A stretch of 64,000 nt of DNA from Planktothrix sp. GU0601_MAG3 (lineage in GTDB: Bacteria; Cyanobacteriota; Cyanobacteriia; Cyanobacteriales; Microcoleaceae). The notes below the pieces were generated by a model. It made no database searches and was not told the DNA's origin. It saw only the letters and a program-made list of their open reading frames with translations. Below are positions 61,023-64,000 of this stretch, one piece after another (within the stretch, counting starts at the first letter, position 1; each line of letters opens with the position of its first letter). The translations under genes and the position numbers were made by a program. The stretch is from NCBI GenBank assembly GCA_035193785.1, contig CP136572.1, positions 4,884,578 through 4,948,577 of the forward strand, written 5' to 3'.

Positions 61023-61122
61023 ATAAACACAGATTTAAGAGAATTAAGCAGATTAACACATATTAAAATCCGTGAAATCCGCGAAATCCTCTTAAATCCG
61101 TGATCCTCTTTACCCATTAATA

Positions 61123-62500
61123 ATGAATCATTTCAATCAAGCTCGTTCTAGTTTAAAACAAACTTTATCCCGTTATCACAATTTACGACGGGGGCGAAGG
61201 AGTTCCCATCCTGAATTACAAGCGACAATACAAAAACAGTTAGAAATTATATCAACTAATTTAGAAAAACTAGAACAAGGAATTATTAGAATCGCCGTAT
61301 TTGGTTTAGTTAGTCGGGGAAAATCGGCGGTTTTAAATGCCTTATTAGGGGAAAAAATACTCCAAACCGGGCCGTTAAACGGAGTGACTCAATGGCCCCG
61401 TTCTATTCGTTGGAGTGTGCCGTTATCGCAAATTGAAGAAACCCAATAGAATTGATGATATTGACGAACAAAATCCGATGCAAGTTGAATTAATCGATAC
61501 CCCAGGATTAGATGAAGTCGCCGGACAGGTAAGGGGAGATATGGCACATGAAGTCACCCGTCAAGCGGATTTAATTTTATTTGTGGTATCGGGGGATTTA
61601 ACTAGAACTGAATATGAGGCTTTATTGGAACTACAAAATGCCCATAAACCATTAATTATTGTTTTTAATAAAATTGATTTATACACGGAAACAGAACAGG
61701 AAAAAATTTATCAAAATTTACAAAAACTCGCTCAAAATCCAGATATTTCCCCTATTGAATCTGCCAATAAATCCAAAGCATTTGAGATTGTCAAGGTATC
61801 AGCAGAACCCGCACCCATCCAACTTAGAATTGAATGGCCGGATGGTCGAATATCCTACGAATGGGAAGCTCCACCATCCCAAATTGATGAATTAAAACAG
61901 ATTATTTTAAAGCTATTAAATCGAGAAGGACGCTCACTTTTGGCTTTAAATGCTTTAGTTCAAGGGAGAGAAGCCGAACGGATTATCGCCCGTCAAAGTA
62001 TTGAATTGCAAGCGGCGGAAGCCGAGGAATTAATCTGGAAATTTACTCGTTATAAAGCCCTAGCGGTAGCCTTAAATCCCATTGCAATTTTAGATGTATT
62101 GGGTGCAACCATTAGCGATTTGATTTTAATTCGTTCTTTAGCCCGTTTATATGGTTTACCCATGACCAGTTATCAAGCGGGGAAATTATGGAAAAAAATT
62201 CTATTAAGTTCGGGAGGATTACTATTAGCAGAAATGGGTAGCGGTTGGATATTAGGATTTGGAAAAAGTGCCGCCGGGTTAGCAACGGATATCGCTAATT
62301 ATGCCGGAATTGCGATTACTCAAGCCTCAATTTCTGCCTATCTAACCTATACCGTCGGTCAGGCGGCGCAAGTCTATTTAGAAAAGGGCTGTACCTGGGG
62401 TGAACAGGGGATTGATACCGCAATTCAAGAGATTTTAAATCAAGTTAACCGAGATAGTTTTATTATGCGCTTAAAGTCGGAAATTGATCGGAGTTCCTAA
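61123..62500 (+). CDS. Era-like GTP-binding protein with DUF697; apparent +1 error at 61438
   Basis: GLVSRGKS, DTPG, NKID. Confidence 0.88.
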
Positions 62501-62931
62501 TTTGATTTTTGGGAGGTAGATTCAGTGGAATTAGGCTCTTTTGTGGGAAAGGTGATAAAATTACCAAATCCCCCCAGGGTTTGATATTTATATCCGGCAA
62601 CTTCGGTAGTATAAACACTAAATAAAATCGCGTTTTGTTGGGTTGTGGATTTATCCACCGTGTCTTTAATTAAGTTACGTTGGGTGGTAACTAAGGTATT
62701 ACAAGTATTAACTAAGGTGCTAGAAAATCCTTTTAAAAATTCAGGGACTTTAGATTCTTTACAAATTGATTTTTTAATTTCGGTGGATAATTGATCAGAA
62801 GCATAATTAATATATTCTTCTCGATGGGGATTGGTAAATGCCATGGTTCCGGCTAAAATAGTCAGTAGGATTGCACCTTTTCCCAGATAACCCGAAGATG
62901 ATTTAGATGGAGCGTAATCAAGTCTCGCCAT
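62497..62931 (-). CDS. DUF4359-type protein
   Basis: MAFTNP..E.Y, two Cys, FSVY.T, T.G.FGNF. Confidence 0.75.
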   Translation of the reverse strand: MARLDYAPSKSSSGYLGKGAILLTILAGTMAFTNPHREEYINYASDQLSTEIKKSICKESKVPEFLKGFSSTLVNTCNTLVTTQRNLIKDTVDKSTTQQNAILFSVYTTEVAGYKYQTLGGFGNFITFPTKEPNSTESTSQKSN

Positions 62932-63169
62932 GGCATTTCCTAAAAATAACAGACTATCTTGATTATATCTTTCCAGGGTTCTGCTGTCGCTTCAGGATTT
63001 CACTAGAAGCAGAAAAACCAGGTTTTGGAGTAAACGCTTGGAATTGCGACTCTCAAGATGGTTATTAAAAACTTCTAGGGCGATATTGAGAAGTTTTTAT
63101 CTAAATACCTTCAAATGTCTTCAGGTAGTTTAGCATAAAAAATCCGTTGTTGGGCCTTAGCCCAGACTG

Positions 63170-63417
63170 GTAGGGGCGGGTTCGAGACAATCTTTCCAAC
63201 TCAGCAGAAATCTTAATTAACCCGCCTTTCTTCTTCTTTCCAATAATTACCGATAATTTTTCCATCTAACCGCGAGGATGGGGCGGGTTTATGAATCTTA
63301 ATTGGGGTAACAAAAACCCTGAGAAACCCGCCCCTACAATTGTACAATTTGAGAAGGATGGGGCGGGTTTATGAATCTTAATTGGGGTAACAAAAACCCT
63401 GAGAAACCCTCCCCTAC
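63170..63417. repeat. REP-like GGGGCGGGTT/AACCCGCCCC palindromes including a ~64-bp direct duplication
   Basis: 63274-63337 is nearly identical to 63354-63417; same family as 41808-42368. Confidence 0.85.
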
Positions 63418-63431
63418 GAATCCGTTTAACC

Positions 63432-64000
63432 CTAAACTACTGTTTTCCGCAAAAATAATATTATGGCTTCACTAATTTCCTTTGGCCAATGTTCCTGGGG
63501 ATAATGTCCGGCTTTTTCTAAGGTGACAATTTCCGCCCCAGAAATCCCTTTAGCAAAGGTTTCAACATCAGCAAAATTCAACCAAGGATCGATTAATCCC
63601 CAAATAATTTGAGTCGGGCGATCCCAATTTTTAAAGCCAGATTCTATTTCAATCATAGCATCTTTTAAACGTAAATTTTTTAAGGTTGCTAAGAGCGATC
63701 GCCCCGCAGCAGAGGCTTTTAAAAACGGACTCCGATACACTTCTAAAACCTTATCCTCAATTACATATTTACTGCCGCCTTCTAAGGTTTCTATCTACTA
63801 ATAAAGGATCTTGAGTGATCATATCTCCCACAAAAGGTAAGGCCATTTGTTGTAATTTCCAGGGGAGTTTAGCTGAGGTGGAAATAGGAGTATTGAGAAT
63901 AATTAATTTTTCAATTTGTTCGGGATAACGCAGGGCATATTGTAACCCAACCGAACCCAAAAACCCCTGCACAACTAAATAAAATTTTTCTATTTTTAAT
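63432..64000 (-). CDS. Alpha/beta hydrolase (5' end outside the window); apparent +1 error at 63787
   Basis: VVQGFLG, IIWG..DPWL, AGHYPQEH. Confidence 0.85.

Noticed and set aside
61020..61110. AAATCCG(T/C)G short repeats as a distinct element
   Set aside because: Short and degenerate; no boundaries or second copy found in the window.
775..63972. Mass pseudogenisation or programmed frameshifting
   Set aside because: All breaks are the same +1 at GAAC/GTTC, they include core genes, and I saw no nonsense mutations or slippery sites; an artefact fits better.
1..64000. tRNA, rRNA, transposase, integrase or prophage genes
   Set aside because: No recognisable motifs by eye; small structured RNAs cannot be excluded without a covariance-model search.

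Overview
AT-rich chromosomal window from a filamentous cyanobacterium. It looks Planktothrix/Oscillatoriales-like by inference from HIP1 GCGATCGC sites, heptamer STRRs, GTAGGGGCGGG REP-like palindromes and gene content. Most of it is ordinary housekeeping and signalling genes: thiE-thiS, lysC, hisZ, ndhQ (missing from the ORF track), pyrE, bioD, prs, rsfS, a MoxR-DUF58-transglutaminase cluster, two Ser/Thr kinases, two-component genes, a ~2,980-aa haemagglutinin-CHAT protein and a probable type II R-M pair. Two features stand out. (1) Two near-identical 37-bp cyanobacterial CRISPR repeats (5719-5755 and 6931-6967) have no cas genes or leader nearby. They bracket a 1,175-bp gene-carrying segment instead of a 30-45 bp spacer, and that segment is divided by related hairpins. 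(2) About 33 apparent frameshifts, including in the core genes prs and lysC, can each be repaired by removing one base from a GAAAC/GTTTC (restoring GAAC/GTTC). This points to a motif-specific sequencing artefact, and GAAC/GTTC is the classic Dnd phosphorothioate motif. Split ORFs are therefore annotated as single genes. Also seen: a MITE-like element interrupting a 44-aa membrane ORF, and a bacteriophytochrome truncated by a 14-bp tandem repeat. All product calls come from motif recognition by eye, not database searches.
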